A stretch of 64,000 bases of DNA. It comes from Clostridia bacterium (GTDB lineage: Bacteria > Bacillota > Clostridia > JAAYHZ01). Made by a program: the position numbers and the translations under genes. Positions within the stretch are counted from its first letter, which is position 1. Every line of letters begins with the position of its first letter. The DNA lies in contig JBMNIH010000002.1 in the NCBI GenBank assembly GCA_050950825.1, positions 224,001 to 288,000 on the forward strand, read 5' to 3'. Below are positions 30,757 through 39,764 of this stretch, in pieces. The notes beneath the pieces were generated by a model, which saw only the letters and a program-made list of their open reading frames with translations, was not told the origin of the DNA and searched no databases.

Positions 30757-32211
30757 TTACAACTCTCCTTTTATAACCTTTACTTTTTCTACCTTCATAT
30801 CTTCCGGTCCCGTTAAGGTACAACCTTTTTCTTTGGAATACAGGATGCGGCGTATAATTTCTTCCGTAATCCTTTCGCCCGGTGCCAATATGGGGATTCC
30901 CGGAGGGTAGGCCATAACAAATTCACTGCAAACACGACCTGCACTTTTTTCAAGATCGATGCTTTCCGTTTCGGAGTAGAAAGCTTCTTGAGGGGTAGTG
31001 ACAACAATAGGGTTGATATACTCGTAAGTAATCATACCGGTTTTATCTTTTTTGTATCTTCTTCGGATTTCGCTGAGCGCACCGATCAATCGCTCGATAT
31101 TTTTCGGATTATCGCCGATGGTAACATATGCCAAAATGTTACCCAAATCTCCGAATTCGATTTGGATATCGTACTCGTCCCGCAAAATATCGTAAACCTC
31201 GATTCCCGCCAGACCGGTTTCCGTCGTATTAACGGAAAGCTTGGTAATGTCGAAATCGTATATGGAATCTTTGTTGATCAGTTCTTTTGAAAAAGCATAA
31301 TAATCGCCGATTTGGTTTATCTCTTGTCTTGCGTATTCCGTCATGGCTTTCACCGCTTCGATCTTCTCTTTGCCGTTTAAAACCATATTTCTTCTCGAAA
31401 GGTCCAAAGAAGACAGCAAAAGATAGGATCCGCTTGTGGTTTGGGTTAAATTTATTACCTGCCTTACGTAATTGGCGTTTACGTTTTTGCCGCACAACAG
31501 AAAGGAGCTTTGCGTCAGCGAGCTTCCCGACTTATGCATGCTGACGGAAGCCATGTCCGCTCCGGCCGCCATGGCGGTTACGGGAAGGTTTTCGCCGAAA
31601 TAAAAGTGGGTTCCGTGGGCTTCGTCCACCAAAACCTTCATTCCCTTTTTATGAGCCAATTCCGTAATTTTCTTAACATCGGAGCAAATACCGTAGTAAG
31701 TGGGATTATTCATCAGCACGGCTTTGGCATCCGGATTCTTTTCAATGGCCTCTTCTACATCCTTCACGGACATCCCTAAAGCAATTCCTAATGTCGGATG
31801 GATTCCGGGGTTTACGTATATCGGTACGGCGCCGCATAAAATGAGGGCGTTGATGACGCTTCGGTGAACGCTTCGATGAAGAATAATCTTGTCTCCCTTT
31901 TTTAATGTGGAAAGCAGCATGGCTTGCACGGCGGAGGTGGTGCCGTTCACCATAAAAAAGGCATGAGCGGCGGAAAAAGCGTCGGCGGCGAGCAGCTCCG
32001 CTTCTCTTATGACGCTTACCGGGTGGCACAGGTTATCCAAAGGCTTCATGGAGTTTACGTCTACGGTTAAGCATTTTTCTCCTAGAAAATCCGTTAACTC
32101 CTTGTTCCCTCTTCCTCTTTTATGCCCCGGCACATCAAACGGAACAATGCGGGCTTTTTTAAATTCTTCCAAAGCTTCGTATATCGGCGCCCTTCTTTGA
32201 TCCAAGTGCAA
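30757..32211 (-). CDS. speA: Arginine decarboxylase (Orn/Lys/Arg fold-type I PLP family)
   Basis: VPGHKRG, NGTTSA, VDEAHG, SMHKS and YPPGIP motifs; TTG start after AAAGGAGG. Confidence 0.85.
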   Translation of the reverse strand: MHLDQRRAPIYEALEEFKKARIVPFDVPGHKRGRGNKELTDFLGEKCLTVDVNSMKPLDNLCHPVSVIREAELLAADAFSAAHAFFMVNGTTSAVQAMLLSTLKKGDKIILHRSVHRSVINALILCGAVPIYVNPGIHPTLGIALGMSVKDVEEAIEKNPDAKAVLMNNPTYYGICSDVKKITELAHKKGMKVLVDEAHGTHFYFGENLPVTAMAAGADMASVSMHKSGSSLTQSSFLLCGKNVNANYVRQVINLTQTTSGSYLLLSSLDLSRRNMVLNGKEKIEAVKAMTEYARQEINQIGDYYAFSKELINKDSIYDFDITKLSVNTTETGLAGIEVYDILRDEYDIQIEFGDLGNILAYVTIGDNPKNIERLIGALSEIRRRYKKDKTGMITYEYINPIVVTTPQEAFYSETESIDLEKSAGRVCSEFVMAYPPGIPILAPGERITEEIIRRILYSKEKGCTLTGPEDMKVEKVKVIKGEL

Positions 32212-32228
32212 CGTAAAAACCCCTCCTT

Positions 32229-32990
32229 TCAGTAGATATTGATGCCGCTGAAAATCTCGATCATTTCTTTCCGCAATACATTCGTAATTCTTAGCCTTTC
32301 CTTCGGGGGTATTTCGTATACATCGACGTTAAAGAGGTAGTTCTGCAAGTCGATTTCCTTGATCAAAGCTTTCGTATGGAATATATTGGACTGGTACACG
32401 TTAATATCGATCATATCATATTTTTGCAATATGTCTTCGGAAATGAAATCTTGGATGGATGTTATTTTATGATCGATAAAAATCTTCTTGCCTTCTACGT
32501 CGCGGGTAAATCCTCGAACACGATAATCCATGGTGATGATATCCGAATCAAAGCTTCCGATAAGAAAATCCAACGTGGACAAAGGTGTGATTTTACCGCA
32601 GGTGGAAACATCGATATCCACTCGGAAGGTCGCAACGGAATTGTCGGGATGATACTCCGGATACGTATGGACGGTGATATGGCTTTTATCCAAATGGGCA
32701 GCGACGGTGTCTTTTACCGGAGGAATCTTCGGTTCTTCGGAAATGAGGACGGTGACACTGGCCCCTTGGGGCTCGTAATCCTGCAAAGAAACATTCAGTA
32801 CGGTGGCTCCGATCATATCCGTAAGCTTTAAAAGAATGTTTTTTAGCCGCTCCGAATTGTATTGCTCGTCAATGTAAGCAATATAATCCCTTTGCTCCTG
32901 CTGCGTTTTGGCATAGCAAATATCGTAAATATTGAAGCTTAATGTTTTTGTTAAGTTATTAAATCCGTACAGTTTGATTTTGTTGTTCAT
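32229..32990 (-). CDS. speD: S-adenosylmethionine decarboxylase proenzyme (E. coli-type class 1A)
   Basis: [39 protein letters not shown] (K/S cleavage site) and DVSTCG; conserved start MNNK at 32990. Confidence 0.93.
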   Translation of the reverse strand: MNNKIKLYGFNNLTKTLSFNIYDICYAKTQQEQRDYIAYIDEQYNSERLKNILLKLTDMIGATVLNVSLQDYEPQGASVTVLISEEPKIPPVKDTVAAHLDKSHITVHTYPEYHPDNSVATFRVDIDVSTCGKITPLSTLDFLIGSFDSDIITMDYRVRGFTRDVEGKKIFIDHKITSIQDFISEDILQKYDMIDINVYQSNIFHTKALIKEIDLQNYLFNVDVYEIPPKERLRITNVLRKEMIEIFSGINIY

Positions 32991-33137
32991 GATCGTCGGG
33001 TTTAATCGATACAAACACGAAAGCCTGCATCCGGCCCTTTCGTATTCGTCCATCGATTAACCGGGAATCTCACCGCCTTTCTGTAGTAATAAAAAATCAA
33101 GTTGCTTATGCGCTTCAAGCTTTGTAAAAGGTGATAC

Positions 33138-33170
33138 AAAAAAAGTGTGTCGCTACAGTCGGCAACACAC
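33138..33170 (-). terminator. Attenuator terminator in the speD leader
   Basis: GUGUGUUGC-8 nt-GCGACACAC followed by U7. Confidence 0.8.
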
Positions 33171-33240
33171 CCGTGATAGATATCGTAATTGTAGAAGACG
33201 ACGCAGCGCCTTCCTTGCCGTTTTTTAAACGGGCAATCGT

Positions 33241-33460
33241 CAGAGCATTTTAGTAAGAACTACCTTAACTACTCTTATTGACCTTTTCACAAGTGTGTAC
33301 CGCTGTACACGTTTACGGTTTATAGTAACCAACTTATAAAATTCGAGCGTATGCTCAATCAATAATGCAGCTATCGCTGCAGCGGCAGTCGACCCGGCTG
33401 TCCGTTAGCCTTTTACCCTTCGGGCGGTCATTCTTACTACAATGCATTTATGTCTGCATC
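33241..33460 (-). ncRNA. Large structured cis-regulatory RNA (probable ldcC motif, riboswitch candidate)
   Basis: Nested stems read by eye (see findings); lies between the promoter and a terminator, upstream of polyamine genes. Confidence 0.75.
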
Positions 33461-33476
33461 GTTCGGGAATGGAACG

Positions 33477-33505
33477 AGTTTAGCACGTTCACCCTCCCTT
33501 GTCAA
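33477..33505 (-). promoter_or_regulatory. Sigma-A promoter TTGACA-17-(TG)TAAACT of the polyamine operon
   Basis: -35 at 33505-33500; extended -10 at 33482-33477. Confidence 0.78.
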
Positions 33506-33527
33506 CATATTTCATCTATATATATTA

Positions 33528-34754
33528 TTATATGAAAAACACCCCGCCCGGTTCATATATGTATTTTCCGCTTAAATAGTGCCGTTTTATACTTCTTTCC
33601 AAAGTCGTTCTTTCCGGCAAATCCTCCAAACGCTCGTATCGATCAAAAAAGACAAAGGTTATGGCTCCTCTGCCGCTGCTGTAGGTCGGAAAACGCATGT
33701 ATTTATTCTGAAACGTTACGATGTTGGAGTCCGGCGGCAGCATGTCGGCCAGCTGCGGGTCCATCAACCACGAAAAGCATACAAATGCTTTAAACCGGAA
33801 TTCGGGAAAGCATTTCGAAATAACCTCCGCCGACCTTTTGTAGGATTCTTCGCACAGTTCGGGAGTCAATTTTTCACCGGCCGGGATATGAACGCTGAGG
33901 ACAGGATCTTCGGGACTTAGCACAATACGCCAATCGGATACGGGAAGCTTGGTCCTTTCTTTTAATGCGCGACCGTTCTTCCCTACAAGATGGCCTTCGA
34001 AATATTCTTCCGTTTGAACAAAGCTTGCATCAAAGGATCCCTCATCGTCTTCATACCCCGGAATACCTAAAACCATACCGTCCCTGTGGAGTCTTACGCC
34101 GGTCATCATCATAAGCCGTTCGCCCTTTTGGTTTTCCAACACGTAAACAGGACCTTTAAACATGGAGCGCATTTCGATGTTCAATCGCCCTACGCGCAAA
34201 ATGGTTACGTCGATATACCGCTGGATCCAATTAAAATATCGTTTATCAAAGCCGTATCGGTCCGTTTTCCTTTTGTAACCTTTTAAGCATTCTTCGTAAG
34301 CCGTATGGGTGGCAAAGCGAATATCCGTGGGCACACCCCGCTCTTTCAGCACGGAATCGATTCGAGGAATTTTGGATAGCAAGGTAAAAAGCAGTGCAAA
34401 GTCATACGGCGCAGGGTCTTCTCCCGGAGAAAAAGAAGGAACCTCCAAAGCGCCTATTTCCCTTTTGAAAGACTCCCGATCCTCCATAGCCAAGTCAAGA
34501 AGCAGAATATACTGCATAAGCTCAGGAAAGCTTTTTAATTTTTCCGCCGCATCCAAAACCTCATCCAGCGTATTATCGAAAAGCCTGTACTTTTCATGAA
34601 GCTCCAATATATACTCTCGGCCGGGATAGATACCTCCGTAGCCTACAAAGCTTTCTTTTAGCCTTTCGTTAAAAAGGTTCCATCGATCGGGATAACCGGA
34701 GATCTTCAGCTTTTTCATCAACTCTTCTACGGAATTTACCATGTTGATTGCCAT
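33528..34754 (-). CDS. GNAT-like acyltransferase-domain protein (DUF5596-like)
   Basis: GRLNIE, LSVHIPAG, FVCFSWLMDPQL, SNIVTFQ and TTLER motifs. Confidence 0.65.
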   Translation of the reverse strand: MAINMVNSVEELMKKLKISGYPDRWNLFNERLKESFVGYGGIYPGREYILELHEKYRLFDNTLDEVLDAAEKLKSFPELMQYILLLDLAMEDRESFKREIGALEVPSFSPGEDPAPYDFALLFTLLSKIPRIDSVLKERGVPTDIRFATHTAYEECLKGYKRKTDRYGFDKRYFNWIQRYIDVTILRVGRLNIEMRSMFKGPVYVLENQKGERLMMMTGVRLHRDGMVLGIPGYEDDEGSFDASFVQTEEYFEGHLVGKNGRALKERTKLPVSDWRIVLSPEDPVLSVHIPAGEKLTPELCEESYKRSAEVISKCFPEFRFKAFVCFSWLMDPQLADMLPPDSNIVTFQNKYMRFPTYSSGRGAITFVFFDRYERLEDLPERTTLERSIKRHYLSGKYIYEPGGVFFI

Positions 34755-34768
34755 ACCTTACCTTCCTT

Positions 34769-35623
34769 TTACCACATCCGATTCCATTCTTCGTTAAAAC
34801 GAAGACTTTCTTCTTCGTTTTTTAATATACGCAGAACATTTACGGCCCGGTCTACCGCCATTTGGGTGTAAGCCTTTCCAATCCTCTCGTTTACGTTTAA
34901 GGGAGGGTCTCCCGCATAGGAGTTAGGATAATCCGCGTTCCAAAAATGGGCGGTGTATATTCCCGCTTTCGTCAAATGATCAAATCTTTTCGTAGAAGCG
35001 CTGCTTTCCGCTTCGTACTTGTCCGTTCGAACCAGCTCCGGATAGGTGCCCAGCATTCCCGCCGTTTCGCAAAAACCCCCGTGTTCGTCGGTTTTCTTTT
35101 TTACAACGTAATCGTTTAAAATATCCAAATCCTCCCGGGTTAAATAGGAGAACCTCTCTTTATTTTCTTGAATGACCTTCAGCATATACGACGGATGCAA
35201 AAGATTGTTGAAGAACGTGTAGACCACGTAATCCTTTTTCCTATAAAGGGTCGTACGAATGAAATTATTCAAAAAAGCGATATTCCCTCCGTGACCGTTA
35301 AACAAAAGAATTTTCTTAAACCCGTTTCGGGCAATCTCATCGCACAATTCCGTCATCAACGAAAGGAGCAGCCCGCCGCTTAAAATAACGGAGCCCTTGT
35401 GTTGATGCAAGCCTTGGATGTCGCCGAAATAAAAGCAGGGAAATACGCAAACCGGTTCGATTTCCGAAGCCGTTTCCAAAACCTTATTTGCTTCCAATGT
35501 ATCGGTTCCGACCGGCAGATGCTGCCCGTGCTTTTCAAGGCATCCGACGGCCATTGCACAGACCCCTTTGGATATTTTTATGGCATCATCAAATTCTTCT
35601 TCCCTCAAATACGCCCACAACAT
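34769..35623 (-). CDS. Creatininase-family amidohydrolase
   Basis: GCLEKHGQHLPVGTD, NGHGGN and HGGFCET motifs. Confidence 0.85.
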   Translation of the reverse strand: MLWAYLREEEFDDAIKISKGVCAMAVGCLEKHGQHLPVGTDTLEANKVLETASEIEPVCVFPCFYFGDIQGLHQHKGSVILSGGLLLSLMTELCDEIARNGFKKILLFNGHGGNIAFLNNFIRTTLYRKKDYVVYTFFNNLLHPSYMLKVIQENKERFSYLTREDLDILNDYVVKKKTDEHGGFCETAGMLGTYPELVRTDKYEAESSASTKRFDHLTKAGIYTAHFWNADYPNSYAGDPPLNVNERIGKAYTQMAVDRAVNVLRILKNEEESLRFNEEWNRMW

Positions 35624-35723
35624 AGACGATCCTCCTCCCGCCTATTATCAAGCTTATTATACCATGCAAATGTTCCCATGCCACCTTTTTTTATCCTAAG
35701 CAAATGTGCTTGGCCTTACCGGC

Positions 35724-35761
35724 TAAAAAAAGCCGTACTTCGGAATTCATCCGAGTACGGC
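35724..35761 (-). terminator. Terminator after the SBP gene
   Basis: GCCGTACT-CGGA/TCCGAGTACGGC stem with U-run on the minus strand. Confidence 0.75.
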
Positions 35762-35779
35762 ATATTTTAATCCTTACCA

Positions 35780-37720
35780 TTAATTAATAGTCGGCCAAAT
35801 AATGGTCAAGTCCGGTGTCTTGTAGTATGCAAATTGATCGCTCATGTAGAAATCTTTCACGAGCTTTTCAAGACCTGCATCGTACAAACGGTTGATGTAT
35901 TGCTCCCACTCGGTTTCGTAGTTGGAGATTTGTCCGTTCCAAGAACGATTACGGAAGTCGGCAATGATGTTGTTAATGTCGCCGCTGATGTTCGCCCAGT
36001 AATCGTTGTATTCTTTCATCATATCGTCGGGTACATATGTGGAGCTCCAGTACTTGATGGGCTCAATGCAGTAGTATTTGTACCATTCTTCTTCGTAAAT
36101 CCTTCTTGTAATTTGCGACTTCGCTTCATGAGAGAACAAGTCCGGTCCGCCGGTGGAGAATATTCCGATGAATCCGCCGTATCTGCTGTAGTGAGGAGGA
36201 ATCTTCGTGGCGTCCGTTTGTATTCTTGCGGAGTTCCAAGGCTCACCGCTCCATGTGTAATGTACGCCTTCGATTCCGAAACGTACTTTGGACCAGAAAG
36301 GATCGTTTAAAGCAGCCGTATTGGCATCGTTCCACATCGTCAAAACACGGGCAAGCTTTTCGTCGGAAACTTGTTTTCCTACCAACCAGGTTCTGAAGGT
36401 ACCCGAACCGAAAGCGTCAAGATTGTATCTTCTTGTTCCCCATTTGTTGTTCGGTTCCCAACCGTATGCATTGCCTAATACCGGCCATACAACGAAGGTT
36501 GCCGATTCGTCACCGGCATTGAGCCAGATGCTCTGCGGCGGCTGTCTGTCGGAGTATTCGGGGAAGTCCGGTCTGCCGATGTACTGCATGTCGCAGAAGA
36601 AGTATCCGATTTTACCGGTCATCCAGTTTGCCAGCAGGTTGTCGTACCAAGAACCTTGAGGCGCCAAGCTCTGGAAGCCTTCAGGCAGGGTTCTTATGTA
36701 CCCTTTGTCTCTCATTTCAACGGCCCACTTCATGTAGTCTCTGTATCCTACATAAGCGTACCAAGGTACAATGTCTCCCGTGACGGGGTCTTCATACAGG
36801 AAGTTTCCGTCGGAGGAAATGACGCCGAATTGTCCCCACCAAAGATCCGTCCAGTGAGAGCGGAAGCTGTGATCAAATATGACGGCTCCGTATGTATCGT
36901 CTTCACCGTTTCCGTCCGGGTCGTCTTCCGTGAAGGCGCGGAAGATATCGTTCATATCTTCGAAGCTCCAAATATAGCTGGTTAGATAAATTTGCCCGCT
37001 GTATTTGCCCAATTTTTCGTCGGTTAAGGTTATGGGTGTCAGCAAGCTGTCATCAATACTATAACCGATGTTCTCCAGCCAGTCGTAACGCATCAACGGA
37101 ATGTTGTAATACCATTTGTTGTCCACTACATAGGAAATACCGTAGAAGTTATCGGACAAGGAACCGTCTTCATTTCTGCAGTTGTTGTGGATATAGGAAG
37201 TCGGCTCGTTTTGCAGCATCAATTCATAGTAATACGGGAAATATTTTTTGTACATTTCGATGTTGATCAGTCGAGTCAGCCCTTGTTCGTACAATTGGGG
37301 AGGACCTAAAGGAGAGTGATCCAAGTGGCTGATATCGGGCATATCGCCTGCCGCCAACATCATGGCGATTCCTTCCGGGTCGTATGTGCTGATTGCCCAC
37401 GGCTTCAAATCAATGTTGTACCTTTCTTCCAACATCTTTTCGTCGAATCCGCCTTCAACATAATCCGTTGTAATGGTAGCAATCCAAGTAATTTCAAAGA
37501 ATTCGGCAAAAGGATTTTCTTCTACGGCTTGCGTAGTCGTTGCCGCAGTCGTGGTTGTTTGTCCCGCTGTAGTCGTAACGGCTTTGGTTGTTGTCGTTGC
37601 GGCAGCGGTTGTCGTTGTTGTTTCCTGCGACTGCTCCGTCGAACTAGAGCAAGCTACCATTGAGAACATCACACCAATAACTACAAGTACACATAACAGT
37701 TGTTTTACGTGCCTAGACAT
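35780..37720 (-). CDS. Extracellular solute-binding lipoprotein (LplA-like) with Thr/Ala linker
   Basis: Lipobox MVAC, AAGDMPD, DWLENIG, FTEDDPDGNGEDDTYG and FGIEGVHY motifs. Confidence 0.82.
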   Translation of the reverse strand: MSRHVKQLLCVLVVIGVMFSMVACSSSTEQSQETTTTTAAATTTTKAVTTTAGQTTTTAATTTQAVEENPFAEFFEITWIATITTDYVEGGFDEKMLEERYNIDLKPWAISTYDPEGIAMMLAAGDMPDISHLDHSPLGPPQLYEQGLTRLINIEMYKKYFPYYYELMLQNEPTSYIHNNCRNEDGSLSDNFYGISYVVDNKWYYNIPLMRYDWLENIGYSIDDSLLTPITLTDEKLGKYSGQIYLTSYIWSFEDMNDIFRAFTEDDPDGNGEDDTYGAVIFDHSFRSHWTDLWWGQFGVISSDGNFLYEDPVTGDIVPWYAYVGYRDYMKWAVEMRDKGYIRTLPEGFQSLAPQGSWYDNLLANWMTGKIGYFFCDMQYIGRPDFPEYSDRQPPQSIWLNAGDESATFVVWPVLGNAYGWEPNNKWGTRRYNLDAFGSGTFRTWLVGKQVSDEKLARVLTMWNDANTAALNDPFWSKVRFGIEGVHYTWSGEPWNSARIQTDATKIPPHYSRYGGFIGIFSTGGPDLFSHEAKSQITRRIYEEEWYKYYCIEPIKYWSSTYVPDDMMKEYNDYWANISGDINNIIADFRNRSWNGQISNYETEWEQYINRLYDAGLEKLVKDFYMSDQFAYYKTPDLTIIWPTIN

Positions 37721-37909
37721 AACAAAACCTCCTTAATTTATGTTTTATATATCTATCGACTTTTACACCTGCTCCTTTTGCAGATGTTTTTCGCTTTTAC
37801 ACAAAACAATTCTAAGGAGCTCCGGTCTGTCACTACTAGGGACCGTTTCAACTCGTATATATTATTTTTTATGCTATAAATAAATATTTTTATACCTAAT
37901 TTTGCTATT

Positions 37910-37938
37910 ATTATAATAGGTATAAAAATATTTGTCAA
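37910..37938 (-). promoter_or_regulatory. Consensus sigma-A promoter TTGACA-17-TATAAT of the SBP gene
   Basis: -35 at 37938-37933, -10 at 37915-37910. Confidence 0.85.
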
Positions 37939-37955
37939 TATATATAATAATGACA

Positions 37956-39731
37956 GATAGTGTCAACTTACTGTAGGGAAAAAATGAATAGATGACATCC
38001 TGAATTTTTGTTAGAGCAACACTACTATGGGAATGCTGCTAATAGCAAGAATCCCTCATATAATCTGCCGGATGGAGCAGACTCTTCACGTATTCGTGGT
38101 TGTTGTCTACCCAATTATATCACATCAACATCACCTTTTGTAAGAAGTCGGGTTTTCCCTACAATCTTATCCACACAAGCCTCTTAACCATTTCAATTCA
38201 TTGTATAAACCGGTTTTATGCCCTTTCGCAAGAACCGTTAGTTTACTGTTCCATACATTCTCATAACCGCTTGATAATCTCCTTAATTCTTTTATCAGTA
38301 TTTCTTGTTCTTCTCGTTTTTTGACCGCTGCTTTTCTTCGCTTTTGTGCCATAACCAAGTCATATACCCTTCCGCCGTTCTTTGTATAGATCAATAACTT
38401 CGACATCTTTTCTACACCGATTTTAGACCATCCTCCGGGGCGTGTACTCAAACGATCGGAATATACATGACTTATATGACCTTCCGCACTACAGCCGACA
38501 ATTTCAGCCCCCTTGTCTTTTTTTATTTTTATCCCGTCCCAATTATTTAATATATATCGCTTTGCACCTTTTATGGTTTCCAGTTTGCTATCATTGCTTG
38601 TCAATTCAATTATTTTTTCAAATGTCTCCTTCACTTTGTTTTTATCGGCATGGTTTATCGCTTCCTCCAGTTCTTGCCGTATCGTTCTGTCATCCAAATG
38701 AGCCGTTGCTTGTTTAATGTATTTTTTTAGATGGAAGTTATCCAACACAAACTTACTCTTTGGCAGCCAATTCAGACCATTCTTAATCCATGAAGCTCCG
38801 TCACCCGATAAGTATATGGTTTCCAAGCATTCGACATCGTACTGTTCGTCTATGTAGTCCGCCACTTTAATCCAAAGATCATCCGTGTTTTCACATATTT
38901 CTCCGAAATAGCGGACATTCTTTAATACATTTCTGTTTTTGCTGCTTTTTTCCGTATCAATTCCCTCATGCACATAAACAAGTTTCGGTGTGACTTTCTT
39001 TTTTGTGCCTTTCTTTTCTTTTGATACACACTTGGTTTGTAAAGATACATAATCCTCATCCGCCTCGACGTACAATGTTTTCAACTTCTTCTTTTTTTCC
39101 ACCTTTATTTCGGGCTCGATGATCTCCGGATTATGTATTTTCTTCATTACCGCTTGTTTGCTGATTTCATCAAGGTATGTGGCCATTTCTCCCGCTTTCC
39201 TGTAACTGCTTTCAACGGCTTCTTCTATTACATTAATAACGACATCTGCACTTACTCTATCATGCGGTTCTATTCCTATAATCTTATCGACCAAGTATTC
39301 TCGTTTACCTCCATTTTTCAGCTTAAAATATGTCCTGCTATATCTAACCTCTCCGAAAATCGTTAAAATCTTGTTTTCGTCTTTTCTGATAATTTCCCGG
39401 TACTTTTTTCTCTCTTCATTGTTTCTCAATAGATCATCCATATCTTCAATTACTTCTTGTAAGATATTTCTAATAAGTTCAAACACATCTTCTTTTAAAT
39501 TCAGGATCAAGTCTGCCAAGTCTCCACCGTTACTTACAAAATCTTTAACCCTTTTTTCAATATTTTTTACCCCAAATTCGATAAAATGGTTTATACTATT
39601 GTACATAGATGACATCCTTTCTTAAGAATATTTGTTTTAGGTTTATTAAATATATCTTAACAGGATGTCATCTTCTTTTCAATTATAGCTGGTATTTTAT
39701 TCCTCAATCCCTACAGTAACTTTACTCTATG
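37956..39731 (-). mobile_element. ISLre2-family IS, copy 2 (1776 bp)
   Basis: Near-identical to copy 1; 9-bp TSD ATAATGACA (37947-37955, 39732-39740). Confidence 0.92.
38167..39606 (-). CDS. ISLre2-family transposase
   Basis: Three amino-acid differences from copy 1. Confidence 0.9.
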   Translation of the reverse strand: MYNSINHFIEFGVKNIEKRVKDFVSNGGDLADLILNLKEDVFELIRNILQEVIEDMDDLLRNNEERKKYREIIRKDENKILTIFGEVRYSRTYFKLKNGGKREYLVDKIIGIEPHDRVSADVVINVIEEAVESSYRKAGEMATYLDEISKQAVMKKIHNPEIIEPEIKVEKKKKLKTLYVEADEDYVSLQTKCVSKEKKGTKKKVTPKLVYVHEGIDTEKSSKNRNVLKNVRYFGEICENTDDLWIKVADYIDEQYDVECLETIYLSGDGASWIKNGLNWLPKSKFVLDNFHLKKYIKQATAHLDDRTIRQELEEAINHADKNKVKETFEKIIELTSNDSKLETIKGAKRYILNNWDGIKIKKDKGAEIVGCSAEGHISHVYSDRLSTRPGGWSKIGVEKMSKLLIYTKNGGRVYDLVMAQKRRKAAVKKREEQEILIKELRRLSSGYENVWNSKLTVLAKGHKTGLYNELKWLRGLCG

Positions 39732-39764
39732 ATAATGACATTATTGCTTTTAACCGAATTTAGG

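Noticed and set aside
33241-33460. SAM-I or spermidine SAM-I-variant riboswitch, or T-box
   Set aside because: No AUC-AGAG..GGA/GCAACC SAM-I core and no UGGNACC T-box sequence is visible; the architecture differs.
37530-37625. ACN/GCN-rich tandem-like repeat
   Set aside because: Low-complexity coding of the SBP Thr/Ala linker.
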